Origin: Klebsormidium nitens
Taxonomy: Eukaryota > Plantae > Klebsormidiophyceae
DNA: 64,000 nt
Reading direction: 5' to 3'
Assembly (NCBI GenBank): GCA_000708835.1
Contig: DF237196.1
Span: 58,907-122,906 of the forward strand
Below, in pieces: positions 26,001 through 39,251 of the stretch. The stretch's first letter is position 1; the number at the start of each line of letters is the position of its first letter. The notes under the pieces were generated by a model that saw only the letters and a list, made by a program, of their open reading frames with translations, made no database searches and was not told the origin of the DNA. A program made the translations under genes and the position numbers.

Positions 26001-26256
26001 GTGGACAACAAATCGGAGGTTCTGGCCTTGGTGCCATAGCGGCTCTGTCCTGTTTGCTCGTCAAATGTCGCCGCTCTTTGCTGTTTCTCTCTTCAAGGAA
26101 GATAGGCATTTGTGGCGATGCACCGCTTGCATTGAACCAGCTTGTCCGCCCTTTCTGCCACAGGTGGAGCGGTATACGCCCGAAGAGGGGTGGCAAGTTG
26201 TGAAGACGCGAAGCAATTCCTGCGAACGATGCTTCATGACCGTCGCCGTCCTCTAG
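23036..26256 (+). CDS. Kelch-repeat beta-propeller protein (six repeats); N-terminus not located
   Basis: Exons 23036-23210, 23629-23828, 24194-24270, 24675-24776, 25030-25111, 25808-25909 and 26164-26256 are phase compatible. Kelch motifs: YLMGGFNG, VYVFGGG, IYAVGGSDG, LYAVGGFNG, LFALGDFDG, LYVIGGLDG with downstream W residues. Confidence 0.88.
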
Positions 26257-28285
26257 ACTGTTGCAAGAGCTCTTTGATACACATTCGAACGCTCTGTTCA
26301 AGAATGTTGTACGATTCTAAAGATATAGAAAGTATCTCTTGCAACTCGACAACGTAGGTTGTTTCTGGTAGGTAGCTATTTTGCGCTACAGTGGCAACGC
26401 CTTGTTGAACTCGAAACTCCACCTGGTGTTTGTGCGTGTAGACATGCCGGACATACTAATGCACGAAAATGATCATCGTGTCTGTGTCGAAGTCCATTCG
26501 ACGTTCTTGTCATTAGCGGCTCGCTATCGCCTGCTGATTTACCATAGCTTCATCTTTTCTAAGAAGCCAAGCCTAATTGCAAACATTAAATCAGATTGCA
26601 GCGCTGGCTTCATATGTCGACCATGCCTAATGACCTTACGAACAAAAGCAGAAGCGAGATGCACGCACCCAGGCAGCCGGGCGTTCACTTATGAAATTTG
26701 TAAAAGTGCGTCCGCTCCGCATCGTACAGCGTGGCTAGTTTGAAGTCGCCAAGGTACGCCGACTCCCGAGTCCGGTTGGCCAACGGCCCGGTATCATGCA
26801 TGTTCGCTAATATCTATCGCATGCGCGCACTCACGACATCAACAGGTTCGAGGAACTGCCGACTTGTACGAGTGCCCCATGCTGACAATCAATATCAGGA
26901 GGCTTTCTCACTGACCCGGCCGCTCTTCGCATTGCCTCAATCACCACTTCCGAGATCGAAGGCCGGCCGTGGTCTGTCTGGTTGAAACGACTGTCCTCTT
27001 TGCGTAACGTCTGGATCTTTCTCACACGCTTACGAGATTGCCTAGGAACAGCTACTTCGGTGCTCCAAAATAAGCAAGCTCGGGGAATCAGGTGCAGTCC
27101 AGCAACAAGTGGCGCAAACCAAGCGCCAACTTGACGAAGGACGGCTCTGCCGAAACCACTGTACGCACGATTGCAACTCAAAGAAAACTCTCCGCGAAAG
27201 AGTGCAGAAGCGAGCAAATCGATCCTCGCACGTCAAGACAACCGGATGAATTGCACTCCCATTGCACCGTATTGATTAGGGGCATGGTAGTCAATCCTGA
27301 TGTACGATGGCGGTCGTCAACCCTTCATGTGCAGGTACTCAACGGCGCTGGCGACCTCGGCCGCGACTTTGGCGCGCGCGCGCCCAGTCCAGGATGCCCG
27401 GTACTCTGCCAAGCAGGTTGAAAGGCGAAAACGAGTGGCGCTTGCTTTTCAGTTGCACCGAGGAGATCTTTGGAATGTCAAGTGAGAAACATTTATGCAG
27501 TATCTTGTGCACCAGAAGGGACGGTTTGGAAGTCTGTTCCGGTGAGCTTTCAATTGAAATCAGGCTCTGATGAAATTCAGGAAGTTTCACTACTGAACAA
27601 GAAGCCACCCTCGCGCTTCCCTTCAGCCCCTCACGAAGCATCCTTTCTGATGAAAACTTTGAAGCGAGGCTCGCATGTATCGATCCTACTGACTGTAAGA
27701 CGTAGGGTTCGACCAGCTGTGGTTCACACAGTCCCGCACATATAAGGAGGGTAAGCCTCCGTTAGGAACGAGATTGATGTCGCTCTGCTGAAGCAGCCAA
27801 AAGGATCCAGCACTAGATGGAAACTAATATCGACAGCCAGCTTTTACGAAGCAAGGTGTCAATGTGAAAAGAGCTGCAAAGACCAAAGCAATCGGTGCAA
27901 AACCGACAAAGAACGTTGAATCTCGATTCAATACCGTTTCTGCCGGCAAAGGCCGCACAGTCGAGCAATAAGTAGGGTATGCAGAGGCGGGTCTCTTCCA
28001 GCTGAGGCTCAGAAACTTCCATTGTGCAAATCGTGGCACTATTTGCACAGCTCATACAATACTTGCAACCGTTACATCATGAGCGCATTCATCAAGGATT
28101 GTCAATTCAAGCAGACCGGGATGGAACACATGTAATCCTTACTCCCGACTGAATCTTACTCCCAGCCGAGCGCGAGTTCAGTGCGTCTTCATATAGCAAC
28201 ATAAACAAAATGCAAAGAATCCAACTTTGGGCTCGTCCAAATTTGGATGCCAAAAGCCGCAGACGGTTGCTAAGCCGACAAAACC

Positions 28286-28556
28286 TGTTAGAAGTATTTG
28301 CGCNNNNNNNNNNNNNNNNNNNNNNNNNNNNNNNNNNNNNNNNNNNNNNNNNNNNNNNNNNNNNNNNNNNNNNNNNNNNNNNNNNNNNNNNNNNNNNNNN
28401 NNNNNNNNNNNNNNNNNNNNNNNNNNNNNNNNNNNNNNNNAAAGTGAGGGGATGGCGTCAGTTACTTCCTTGGTCGGAAGGGGCCTTGGAGGGGAGTGTT
28501 GTGTGACCGGAGAGCGCCAGTGTGGCCCGAGTGGCAGTGCGCAAATACTTCTAACA
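28286..28556. mobile_element. TG...CA insertion with 18-bp terminal inverted repeats and 5-bp target-site duplication (solo LTR, collapsed LTR element or Ginger-like element)
   Basis: tgttagaagtatttgcgc (28286-28303) is the exact reverse complement of gcgcaaatacttctaaca (28539-28556). AAACC flanks both sides (28281-28285, 28557-28561). Confidence 0.8.
28304..28440. other. Assembly gap (137 N)
   Basis: Run of n characters. Confidence 1.
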
Positions 28557-29359
28557 AAACCAAACACGGCGAAAAGCGAAGTAGGGGAAGTGTTGGATGC
28601 AGAAGACGTACAAAGAGACTCCTGGCAAGACTTCACTTTGCACAAGGGTCCAAGCTAAATCTCCCTAGATGCCGGTCTGCCAAACGTTGCCGGAACCCTG
28701 CATGGACAATATTAGTAGCGGCGGCCTTCGTGAGGCGAACAAGAGGAGCTCTTTGGACACTTGCCCGAGCAACTCACTCAGCGATTGGGAACATGCGCGC
28801 AATTAATTGGTCAGCAGTGACTTTGAGCGAGGATAGCCATGTCTTTCCATGCCGAAGATCTGCTTTTGCAGCACGTCTCATGATCATTGATCAGCCAGCC
28901 CTAGATCTCATCAGGGCTGGAGCTTTTTTATAGCGCCGCCTTATTACGGGGTTCAGATGCATTGTCGCGTACGGACGTCCATCCACGCTGCAACGGGCCT
29001 GCGGCCAGTATTTGGGCTGGGCTGCTTTCTCACGGCCACCGAGAGATACGAAACACATTTACACTTTTCCTCGTCCGACGTTCGATCCGATGCGGCGCGA
29101 TATGGGAAACAAAACAAATGTCTCCGCGGTCGGAATGAGAAGCTCGCGTGAAGGCGATAACTCAGATTCAACTGGTGGCTGAGCAGATTGAAGCCCAAAC
29201 GTGTGAAGTACGGCTCGTATGAATAAAACGTCCAGTCTGAATATGAAGAATCTGCAATGTTAGTCCTGTTGCCGTCTTGTCAAACAAACCTCCTGAGTTT
29301 CCTTGACTTTAAATTTTTGCCATGACAACCCACTTCGCTGTCAGGTACCTTTCTTGCTC

Positions 29360-29850
29360 TGACTGTACATATTCAAGTGCGTTAAGTGACTGAGGAACCG
29401 ATTGGTCCAGAAGGAACCGGTTGGTCCGACCTGTCTCAGTAAGTCGGGGAAAAGACCTTGCTGGAGGATGAGGTTTTGGGGCCCAAGTGTCAGCAAGTGC
29501 GTGTCACCTTCGGCGCGCCCAGTGGCGATCCGCTCCACCGGCACAATAGAAAGAGGCGCTTTAAACAACGTGCTTGATCCCCTGCCATATGCCCTCGTAT
29601 TTGCGCGCACGCGAGAAGCTCGTTGCCTGGGAGAGCCTACCGGCCGCATGGATTCTCGGCTGGACATCCCGATCGGGTTCGGACTCGATGCGCTCGGGTA
29701 GGAGCTGAGTCGGCAAAGTAAAGTGTATGGCGCCACAAATGTAACTTCACATTTGAAAATCCTCACCGTTCAATCCTCTTTTGTTTCGGTGTTTGGTGCA
29801 CCGTAGCTCAACTTCTTACTCCGGTCAGTACACGTGAGCCTCGAAGCACT
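29360..29850 (+). pseudogene. Decayed coding fragment Z2 of an unknown family
   Basis: 29360-29710 is homologous to the reverse complement of 44785-44480 (RMDSRLDIPIGFGLDALG vs RMVFLLDVLIGEDLDALG). The 3' part matches Z1. Confidence 0.6.
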
Positions 29851-31188
29851 CAAGGAGACGTGCATTTTCCCCGCGCCAGCAATCGGGGGCCGTCGCGACT
29901 TTACTGCTAACTGTTGATCACAGCATGGTGAGCACCGAAGCTCTTCTGACGTCGTCAGTGACTCGAAATTGGTCACTCGACGAGTGAACCTGGAGGTTTG
30001 AGTAATCTTTGGGACAGAAAAGATTGAATCCAGCCGGACTCCAAGTCCTCTTTGTGTTTTGAGGAAACAGGTCATTGTCAGAGAGCTAGGGACACGAATC
30101 GAAGGTTCTTCTTCTGTCCAAAACCGTACCGTATGAATTTGAAATAGCAAATGCGTGTCTTTGAGAGAGGGAAACTGTGCAAGTGCCCGAGTGCCACTTG
30201 CCAGTGGGTGAATTGGAAGATCCGCATGTCACCTGCCGGTAACCTAAGACACTTGGATAACAACAGACTGGCTTTCAGAGTTCCTCGACCGGTTGCACTT
30301 GTTGAGTACGCTGTGTCATGCGTGTGACTCTCGATGTGCTGAATCCATGCAGTCGATTTTGGTTCCCAACACCGAGCACGGGCCCAAACCTCCTGATCTG
30401 CAGAAACAGGCTTACCAAAGTACGCGTAGAAGGTTCTGATTTTGAGAATTGCATCAGACGGACTCTCCCATCTGTCGGCTTCTAATCCATCTAGTAGAGA
30501 CCCACATTAACGGGTAGCTTCATTGAAACTCTGCCCGGATTTACTTGTATACGTATTGATAGGAGAAGAAGAAACAAGCAATCAAATGATGGACCAGATC
30601 ATTGCCTCCAGTCATCGTTGAATTTCCTGGCGCATGGATGATCATATGAGTTGTAGATGTGCGTGATAACACATGCGTATCAGTTCGCCGCCGTGCACTT
30701 GGTTGCTCGATGAATGCGGACAACAGGACTCATGCACCGTGCTCGAACCTGCTGTGTGTACCGATACGAATGATCTTGTGCAGTTTTGGAATTCGAAAGC
30801 CTTGACGGAAGTTGATTCTGCAACCGGCCAGGCCGAAGTAGCTCGAATACACACAGGCATTCACATGATGTTGCTTACCGGGATGTAGGCGCTGCTGTTC
30901 TGAAACATCGATCAGAAGTCTGAGAACGTTACCTTATCGTGATCTACGTCTCGTGTTCAGATAGGTACACCAATCCAGCTAAGTTGTATTCGTATCGTCC
31001 TACGGTCCGGCCTCAAGGACCTAAAGCAGCCAATTGTACGACGTAAAGATTCCGAGAAAGCACAATGCTACGACTCTGGTTTATCCTACAAAATGGCTGA
31101 GAATATCTGTTCAATACCGACAGAATTTTGACAGAATGAATCAGAATCATAGGTTTGTCTGGACTCTTGATCTAATTAGACAAGCACA

Positions 31189-33362
31189 TTAAAGGAGCTG
31201 AACCAGTTGTGGTGAGCAGCCAGTCTGCTCCGCCATCGTCCTTCTCCGCTTAAGTCGAAGGTCGCAGTCCCCATACTCTGCGCTCTTTCTCTTCTGAATA
31301 CGTAATTCCGCCAGGACTCGGGCTCCTTCCAACCGGTTGCTATTTATCGACTTGAGCTCTCTGGCCGCTTTCTCAACCTGACCGTTCACCTCTTTTGCGG
31401 CGTGCCTGGCAGAGCCCGTCAAAGCCGTCGTCCCGGGGAGCCCTTCCGACCGCCCTGCTGTCCTCGCTTCGGTGTTTTCTTCTAACCGCTTCCGCTTCTC
31501 TCTGCTGTTCCGGTTGTGCTCGCAGCCTCCGTGCTCGTCCGCTGCGCCTTCTTCCGGCCAGGCTTTCAGCCGGAACCGGAAGTTGCCCGAAACCGACGCG
31601 TCGCCCGGAATCGATGCTTCGCCGCCGAGGAAGTCACACGCGTCCGCTAACGAAGTCTTGTACCAGTCCTTCAATTTCGAGCCGCTCTCCTCGAGGGAAT
31701 CTTCCGCCGGAACCCAGCCCGTCACACAGCGGAACACGTGCCGGACGTACGCGGTCGACGCTGTGTTCATGCCGCGCAGCGCGGTGCGCATCCGTTTCAT
31801 GGCCGCCCTTCGCGCCGTGGACGCGCGCTTCAGCTTGCGCGCGCTCGCTGGGCTCGCCGTGTCGCGGCGTGGATGATCCCTTTGGGTGACTTGGGTGTCC
31901 GCGCGCCGCCCGTGGGGTGCCGCGGCCCCACGGGCCTGTCTCTGATTGCGTCTCGAACACTTTTTGAGTTGCCAGTTACTGGTCTTCCGTCATTGCAAGC
32001 CTTCCTTTCCGGCTCTCGCTCTCTGAAGCCCTCCAAAACTCTCAGCTCGGCGGAATTATCTCTTTCGTGTCGCTCAACTCCTCTTCCACGACCGAGAATC
32101 GTTTCTTTTGTCTGCAACCTTCCCTGCTTCGTCCAGCCGAGCATTTCCTTCCCTTGACTTGACAGCTGTAGCGCCCGCGTTGACTGCCTCAGGCGCTTCC
32201 GAACCTCGTTCTCGTTCTCTTTGCCGTTACCATCGCAGGCGACGGCGCCCGCGTGCGATCTCTCTCGACGACTCACTTTCTTCGTGCCGTACGTCGCTTG
32301 GAGGCGACTCCAGTCGTCGGGCCAGAGCCTTAAACGGTACTCAAACGCCCCTCTCGTGTTTTTCTCGTCCTTCCTCTTGGCCTTAATTCGCACGTACCGC
32401 TTTCCGAGCCGCTCATTTTGCGGATACGTTCCTCGTACCAGGCCTTCACCCTCACGTCCCCGTCCGCTCGCCAGCGCGGCCGCCAGCCCGCAACCGCGAA
32501 GAACGCACGCGCGGCCTCCGGCGCGCTCACGCTATCCCAGCGCTCCCGGAGCGGCAGGATCACGCGCATCGCTTCCGCTTTGGACGTCACCCGCGGCTGG
32601 CCGGGGCCGCGCACACCTCCGTCGCGGGCGCCCCCGCTGTCGAGCCCGGCGCGCACGTTGCCGGCCGCGGCGCGCGCTTCGGAACTGCTGGGAACCTTCC
32701 AGCCGTTCTGACGCTTGGGCAGTTTGCTGGCCGCGTCGCGCGCCTCGAGTCCCGCCGCGTGCGCGCCTCCTTCCTGAACGCCCTTGCTGTGGCGCTCGCG
32801 CACCGTGTGCCGCGCTTCAAGTTCCGCCGCGTGCGCGCCTCCTTCACAGGCGCACTCACGGTCGCGCTCGCGCCATTTGGGGCAAGCGCCTCGGGCCAGG
32901 GTCTCAAGCGCAGAACCCAGCGGCTCGCTGTAACCGTACTCTGCCCGGGGTTCCGTCCGGTAAGTACATTTGACGCAGTACTGGCCCGTCTCCTGCATTC
33001 TTGTGAACTGCTTTTCGCAGCGGCTTTTGGCTTTTGCCTCTGTCTCTTCTTCCGGGCCGCTAAGAGTGAAGCCGTTGATCGACTCTTAGCAATCTCCGCT
33101 AGGCTCGCGTCCTCCCACCGTTCCAGCAGATTGCGGATATCCGGTTCGATTTGCGCTCTGAAGTTACAATAACTTTCATAAGATCAGCGTGCTTTCCGTC
33201 TCTGTTTTGCGGCTTGCGGCTCAGAATGTGCCGATCTATTTCAGGCGGCACCGTCACATGCCGCCATGCATTGTCAGAATCAAGAGGCGTAATTTTGTAC
33301 CCATCGGAGAATGGCCGATTGCCCGGCCACGTATGGGCATGGGTCGTTGGGGTGGATCCGCA
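31189..33362 (-). pseudogene. Long apparently intronless ORF W broken by four -1 frameshifts; unknown protein with a repeated LRLxxWP motif
   Basis: GC-rich overlapping ORF segments succeed each other in consecutive frames. The motifs RWVLRLRPWPE, FEYRLRLWPDD and NFRFRLKAWPE lie in different segments. Confidence 0.55.
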
Positions 33363-34659
33363 TCATGTAGATCCGGCGAGAACATACTATCAGCTAGCTC
33401 GAGATCGGATCCATGATTGGCAGCCTTCGTGCTGATTCAGAAGTTCTTGAACTGTATATCGAGTGCAATGTCCAAACAAGAAAATGGGCAACTCCGCCTG
33501 AGCGAGCTACCCGCCCAGTCGTACCCTTCTGTACTGACAAATGATTGCCGGACAGAATCTGCTTCATGTTTTGTGTATTCACAAAAGTGCAAGCAAAGTT
33601 TGTTACCATCTCAAGAAAATTCTTTTTTGTCCACCACTTATGCACCGTGTCTAATCAGTGCGTCTGGCGAACAATCCCAAGGTCCTTCTGTGAGAATTGG
33701 CGCTTTACCTGTGCGCTGAAAGGATGCGACAACGGGCTACAATCACGAACTGAGTAACTGCAAATGCATATCCATAGCAGATTGCCGTTTCCCGTCCGCT
33801 AAATAACGACGAAGGCTCTCACTTTATGGTCTTCTACCTCGAGCTGCTCAGTCAGTGCGCGCATCAAAGCTCGAGCCGTGAGGCGGCGCGCGCGCGGGCG
33901 CTAGGATGGGCACTTAGAGAGCGGATACTCTCAGTTGCTACGCAGATCTACGCACGGTCAACTGTTTGCTGCTGAATTTGTGGATCAAGAAAGATAACAT
34001 GAAAGTCCCTACCGTTGCTCGTTCGCAGCTAGACCCTTTGCGGCTTCGCATATTCTCATATAAGGAAAAGTCGTGTGCACAGCCTCAGCAGCTGCTGAAT
34101 CAGGTGCCAATTGCTTCCCTTCACGGATTAGTGCGGCTCAGACGAACCCGCCTGGGCAAGTCTGAGGCCTTCACTGGAATCGCTTAACGAGCACCGACCG
34201 GATGATGGAGCGTCGAAGACCAGAATGAAGCATGCAGGGACCTTGACCGTGTATGGAACAATGACCGGGCATAAATGGGCGACGGACATCAGCGGCTTCG
34301 TCAAAGGAACAGCGAAAAGTCCCTTAACACTTCGGGACTTAGAGTATATATGCAGGGTATGTATATATACTCTGAGTATATATTTCTCTGGAAAACTAGT
34401 GTAGGCAGCGCCTCAGGATCGGATGCCACGTGGCTTGAATAGTAACTGGGCCGTCGCCTGTACAAGGCGAGCTTTGGCATCTCGGGCACGGGGAGTGGCC
34501 GTGACTGGTTGAGACATCCAGGGAAGACGTCGAAGAAGATGAGGCGCACTTGGGAACAATTAAAAATCTGGGAAAACCATAAATGGATGTCAGTATTACA
34601 CTTTATCGCCGACTGAGGGGCCCCGGTTGAGCAGGTCATCACGGGACAGCTATAAACTT

Positions 34660-37600
34660 AGATGAGTACTGCCGCTGTGGCTCTCCTAAACGTTCGTGTA
34701 AGGGACACGAAGCAGATAATGATCATTGTTTCATCCAAGCTGCATCTTTCAGTAGAAGACGTTGATTGCAACTTAGCGAATGAACGGTTGGCAAATGCTA
34801 TACGCTTTTCGTATCACTTTTTGTCATGTGCACAGTTGTTCGAGGGAGTCCGACCTCTCGTCTTAGGTTTCTTTGAGTCTTGTGACGTCTCAATGTTACA
34901 GCTAGTAATATGTCTCTTTATTGTGAAGTCTTCAGAGGTCACCTGGTCTCCGACGATCAGGCAATTCCTGGACCAGACTGCCAGGTGAATGCTGCGAGGA
35001 CTCCAAGCAAGCAAAAGGGCACCAAGTATTGGAAGTTGCGGATACTAGACTTGACTAACAACTCAAGACTCATTACCGGCGCTCATGGATCTCCATACTA
35101 TACTGTACACTAAGAGAGCCCTCTGGAGTAGCTTAGAAGAGTGATCCAGGGTCCTCGAGCCAGAAGGCGTCAATGAAAGGGATGTTGCTGTCGAAGAAGA
35201 GTCCCATTTCTTCGCCATTGGGGACCTGCAACGTAGGCACTGGTTCAGTGAGTTGGGCTTTCAATGTGCACAACCGGAAGACGTTGGTGCACCGCCCAGA
35301 CTACGAGCGAAGAGAACGACGGGTACGAATGCAAATACAGCTGCAAATCTGACAAAAGAAATGCATTTCGGTGCAAAGGCTTTTTACAGTGGGCAGACGC
35401 CGGTATAACCTGCCTCTTTCTGTCCGTCCTCGACGTTTGGGATCAGATGATCATAAGAAGAGACTTCAATAAAATCACATGACAGACACTTCACTAACAC
35501 AGGGGCCTGACGTAAAACATACCCCGTTTCAAATTCAAATTGAAGGCCATTCAAACCGCTTGAAAAGGAAGTCCCTACACGCTTCTCCAGAAACGAGACC
35601 TCTGCCGTGCAAACGCTACGACGCCATAACTAGATGTTTTTCGAGACTGGCCGTGTGGGTCGCCAACTTTTGCTAAAGCAACTTCGAAAACCTCTACAGT
35701 TCTTCAGGTGCAGAACGAAGCCACGAGAGCCTCGATTATGCTCCTTCCTGCGTTTTCATCGGCTGTTACGATGTTATCCCCCCCAGAATTGATTCGGGCG
35801 GGGTAAGTATGCCACAATGCAGGTGCCTAGTACGAATTCGTTCCAGTACCCAAGTCGAGATAAAAACAGCAATTGAATAAGACCGTGGAGCATTCCGGAA
35901 GCTGGCTAGACAAAAACCACTTTCTGTTTGGCCATCCCATTTCGTGAACCGGCCTCATGAGTTTGATCAGACTTTCACTGACTTTCACTGACTGACTGAA
36001 AGGTTGATGAAACTCTCAATGCCGAGACTCGCGTTGGCAGACTCGCCTCAAAGGCCGCCACGCGCCAGGATGTGAGCGAAGCACGCCTTCAGGCGCGCGC
36101 GCGTGGCGGTGTTGCAGGCGGCCGTCCCCGGCAGGCAGAAGTAGCCGTCCAGGTACGCCTTCATCGCGGCGCACAGCTCACGGCTGGAGGCTGCCTTTCG
36201 CAGGAAGAAGTCCACAGCGTCCGGCAGGCTCTTCTGCCCCAGCTGCTGGCAGCGATTCACTCCGAACGTCCGCTTCCACGACACCTGCGGGCAACATAGC
36301 GTGATGACGTCAGCACGAAAACGCCTCTCGTCTGCGGCACGTTGAGATGGGAAAGGAAATGACTTGGGATGGTCCGGTCGGGCTCTAATGAGTGGTAGAC
36401 TTTTCCTACATAAATGGTCAAGGCGAACCGGGACAGGTGAAGCTAGAACCACACGGCGTTCGTTTACTTTGCGTTTGAACAAAAAGGTTTTGCGCATTCG
36501 GTTGCAGCAACTTCCCGGTGTTCACAAAGGTGGCAAAGATCATATCTGCTTCTCCGTCAGACAAGCTTTGGTGTGACGACTTCCTACCCAAGCTGCACTG
36601 AAGAGGCTACCTGCACTCATTGGGATGGACGTCCGGGCGTCAAGCATCGACCCTGCCTGACTCACGTTGAGAACAGGACCAGGCTTTCTCATCCGCACCG
36701 TGTCCAAGTCTTAGTTAGTCATGAGCTGAAGTCTTCAAACGGAGACAGTTTCGTTTGAACTTGTGTCCAACCTACTACAGAGAGGGAGCTTTATGGATGC
36801 TCAGAGCGTCGACCAATTATGAGATGCAATTGACCAGCTGACCTTGACCAGAAATCGCTCAACTCACAGGCTTTGAGAAGACATTCTCTCGTCTCAATCG
36901 GCGTTCAAAGCGTCTTCTGTCTACTTACAAGCCTGGATATCACAATCTTAGGCTCAATAAAGTCAGCCAGATTCAGGTCTCACCTTCTCGCCCGAGGAGG
37001 GGTCATCTCGAACGTACTGTTTGTATCCTCTGTATAAACCCCCGACCACAGTTTGAAGGGAGCTGTTGTCACTTATCTTCTCGGTGAAGATGTCCTTGGC
37101 CAACTTGAGGCCACCCGTAGCGGAGTCCTCGACAAATATCGGTCTGCAAGAACGATCCGCTGTTCTTCTGATCGCATCTACGGTTGTACAAGCTACAGAA
37201 GTGCCTGGTCAAGAAGGTTGAAAGGACCAAGTTGGTTCCCGCAAGCAGGCAGGACTGCAAGGGCACTCATTCCTTGGCTGAGTCAACAGGACTCAGATGT
37301 ACATACATTCTACTTGTATTTCAGACATCCAGATAAGCGGAGATAAGAGAAAGATGAGAGTGGTTCACCTTATGTCGGCTTGATGTTTAGCTCGCTATCT
37401 CTAAAATATCTTTCAAGCCGCTACAGGTCAACACGACAATAGAATTGACTCAGCTAAGCTACGTTTCTGCACCAAAAGCATAGCGGCCGTTGGTCGATTG
37501 ATTCTCAAAGCTGGTACCGTAACTCATCTTGAAGAGATGGATGGCAGATGGTATTACAATGTCATTCTCAGGATCCAACTTGGAACTCACCCATTGTGGC

Positions 37601-37990
37601 TGGCTTTGGCAATCTCGTCCATGACAGCGGGAAGGTAGTTTCCAAGCTGGTCAACCTCCATCTGAAGCGCAGGCGCCAGCAGATTGTTAAGTGTCGGAAG
37701 CAACTCCGTGCGAGCTGCACTAGCGCTTGCCATACTGTCGGCCGCAATGTTGACTTCTGATGTACGAGAACCGAAAGCGAAGTTGAGACCGATCAATGCA
37801 CTAAAATGAACGAGCGGTGGCGCGCTGCTGGGCGTTCTCCCAGCTTGGCAGTGCCTGCTTCAATTCCACCAGACTCATGCTTCGACTAGCTAGCTAGCCA
37901 AAGATGTCGACGTTCACTGAAGGAGCTTTGAAAGCTGGGAAGGGGCCTGAAGCTATATGACTGCCAGCATTCTAGTTTAAAGGCTAAGAT
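34660..37990. repeat. X/Y cassette copy B (partial: X side only)
   Basis: Direct homology to about 16530-19990. Confidence 0.85.
35133..37733 (-). pseudogene. Gene X copy B, frameshifted in exon 3
   Basis: Exons 37733-37591, 37143-36984, 36284-36047 and 35225-35133. Exon 3 is 238 nt versus 231 nt (7-nt insertion near 36060-36066), giving ILARGGL* and loss of the last exon peptide. Confidence 0.75.
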
Positions 37991-39251
37991 TTGCTAGGTG
38001 CGTCGGAGGATCGGAAGTTGTTCGACGCTGAATGTCGCTGTCCTGCCGCCTAAGAGTGGATTGGCTTCCACCTATAAATCAGAGCTCCACACTTGACAAA
38101 ACCCAAGCTACACTGCTTTGAACCCTACAATATTGACTACGTTCTCATACTTACCGTCATTTTGCCCACCCTCCCGAGTCTTCTAGTCCGTAAACCGCGA
38201 ACGAGCGGTGGGTACACATGCGGATCGTAGCCAATACGGCGAATCTCGTCTCCAAGGGCTTCGAAGCTTGTCCCGTCTGGTACGCAAAGCTGGAGAAACC
38301 AAAGTCACAAACGGGACTCGTGAGTGCGTCCCTAGGGCAAGTAGACTTGAACAGTGGCCTGTGTGAGAACCAGGTCAAGCGAATGAAGCTCAGCCTCCGT
38401 GTTTGGAGCGGAGCATGTCAAGTAATTCCAAGTTGGCTGTACACTTTAGAAACGTCAAGGCTTGAGTAGTAACTAAACGTCAACAACTGAGGCTGTGACA
38501 GCTGCAGCTACAAGGTTAGGCTTAAGATTGCTTAAAGAGTCAGCCCTTTCCATTCGACTTGGATGATTGAAGCCCCAGGGCTGATCTATTTATGAGGCCT
38601 TCGCACGCTTTCCTGACGGATCGCTTATGCTACATTGACAACTCACCCAGGAGATTGATGACGAAGTATCCGGATCTGCTGCAGTTGACTGTGCGGAATG
38701 CCGCCAGCTGACTGTTTTTGCGGGCACTATGCCAGATGCAGAATGCACTGCAGCCAGATGGTGAGACATGCGACATTAATTCAGGAATCAAAGAAAGCTT
38801 GCTTGGGCTCGCACACCTAAACAGGTCAATGGGTGATTGTATACAGGACTGACTTAGGGAACTTGATTGACTAGACATAAACATGAAAGGCTCAAATGCA
38901 CAATGCTGAGCTGTAGCGTATCCAAGTTACTGGATTTCACTTGAACCTTACCTAAGGAGGCTTATGCTTAAAATGCACAACACTCTGCTCATGGCAAGGA
39001 GGATGCGGAATCTGAGATTGACTGGCAGAGGCTCTCTTCAGCTGATCTCCTTGAAAATGAGAGGAAGATAAATTTTGATTCCCTTCTTCTACCTTAGACT
39101 GCGCACATTGTGAATGCCCTTATTACTGCAAGGATAAACTCTACAAAGAACATTTGCAGCTTTTCGCAGAGCAAGAACGCTCCTCCTGCAACAAGCAAAT
39201 TCCTCGATGTTTATCAACGCGTCTTGAGTGTATCTGAGCTTTGCAACTTAC

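Larger units (their letters stand above)
26660..28940 (-). pseudogene. Decayed paralog of the receptor-like kinase (kinase exons only recognisable)
   Basis: 26660-26765 matches 47705-47800 (SAYLGDFKLATLYDAERT). 27300-27420 matches 48207-48327 (GILDW...EVASAVEYLH, with frameshift and stop). A weaker match of 28790-28940 to the exon at 49676-49894. Confidence 0.75.

Noticed and set aside
29440-29570. VRVTFGAP in Z2 recalling the class-3 lipase TFGxP motif
   Set aside because: No GxSxG nucleophile motif found nearby; a single short motif in decayed sequence.
32221-33172. Plus-strand 250-aa and 137-aa ORFs
   Set aside because: Antisense shadows of GC-rich ORF W; Arg/Pro/Ala-biased.
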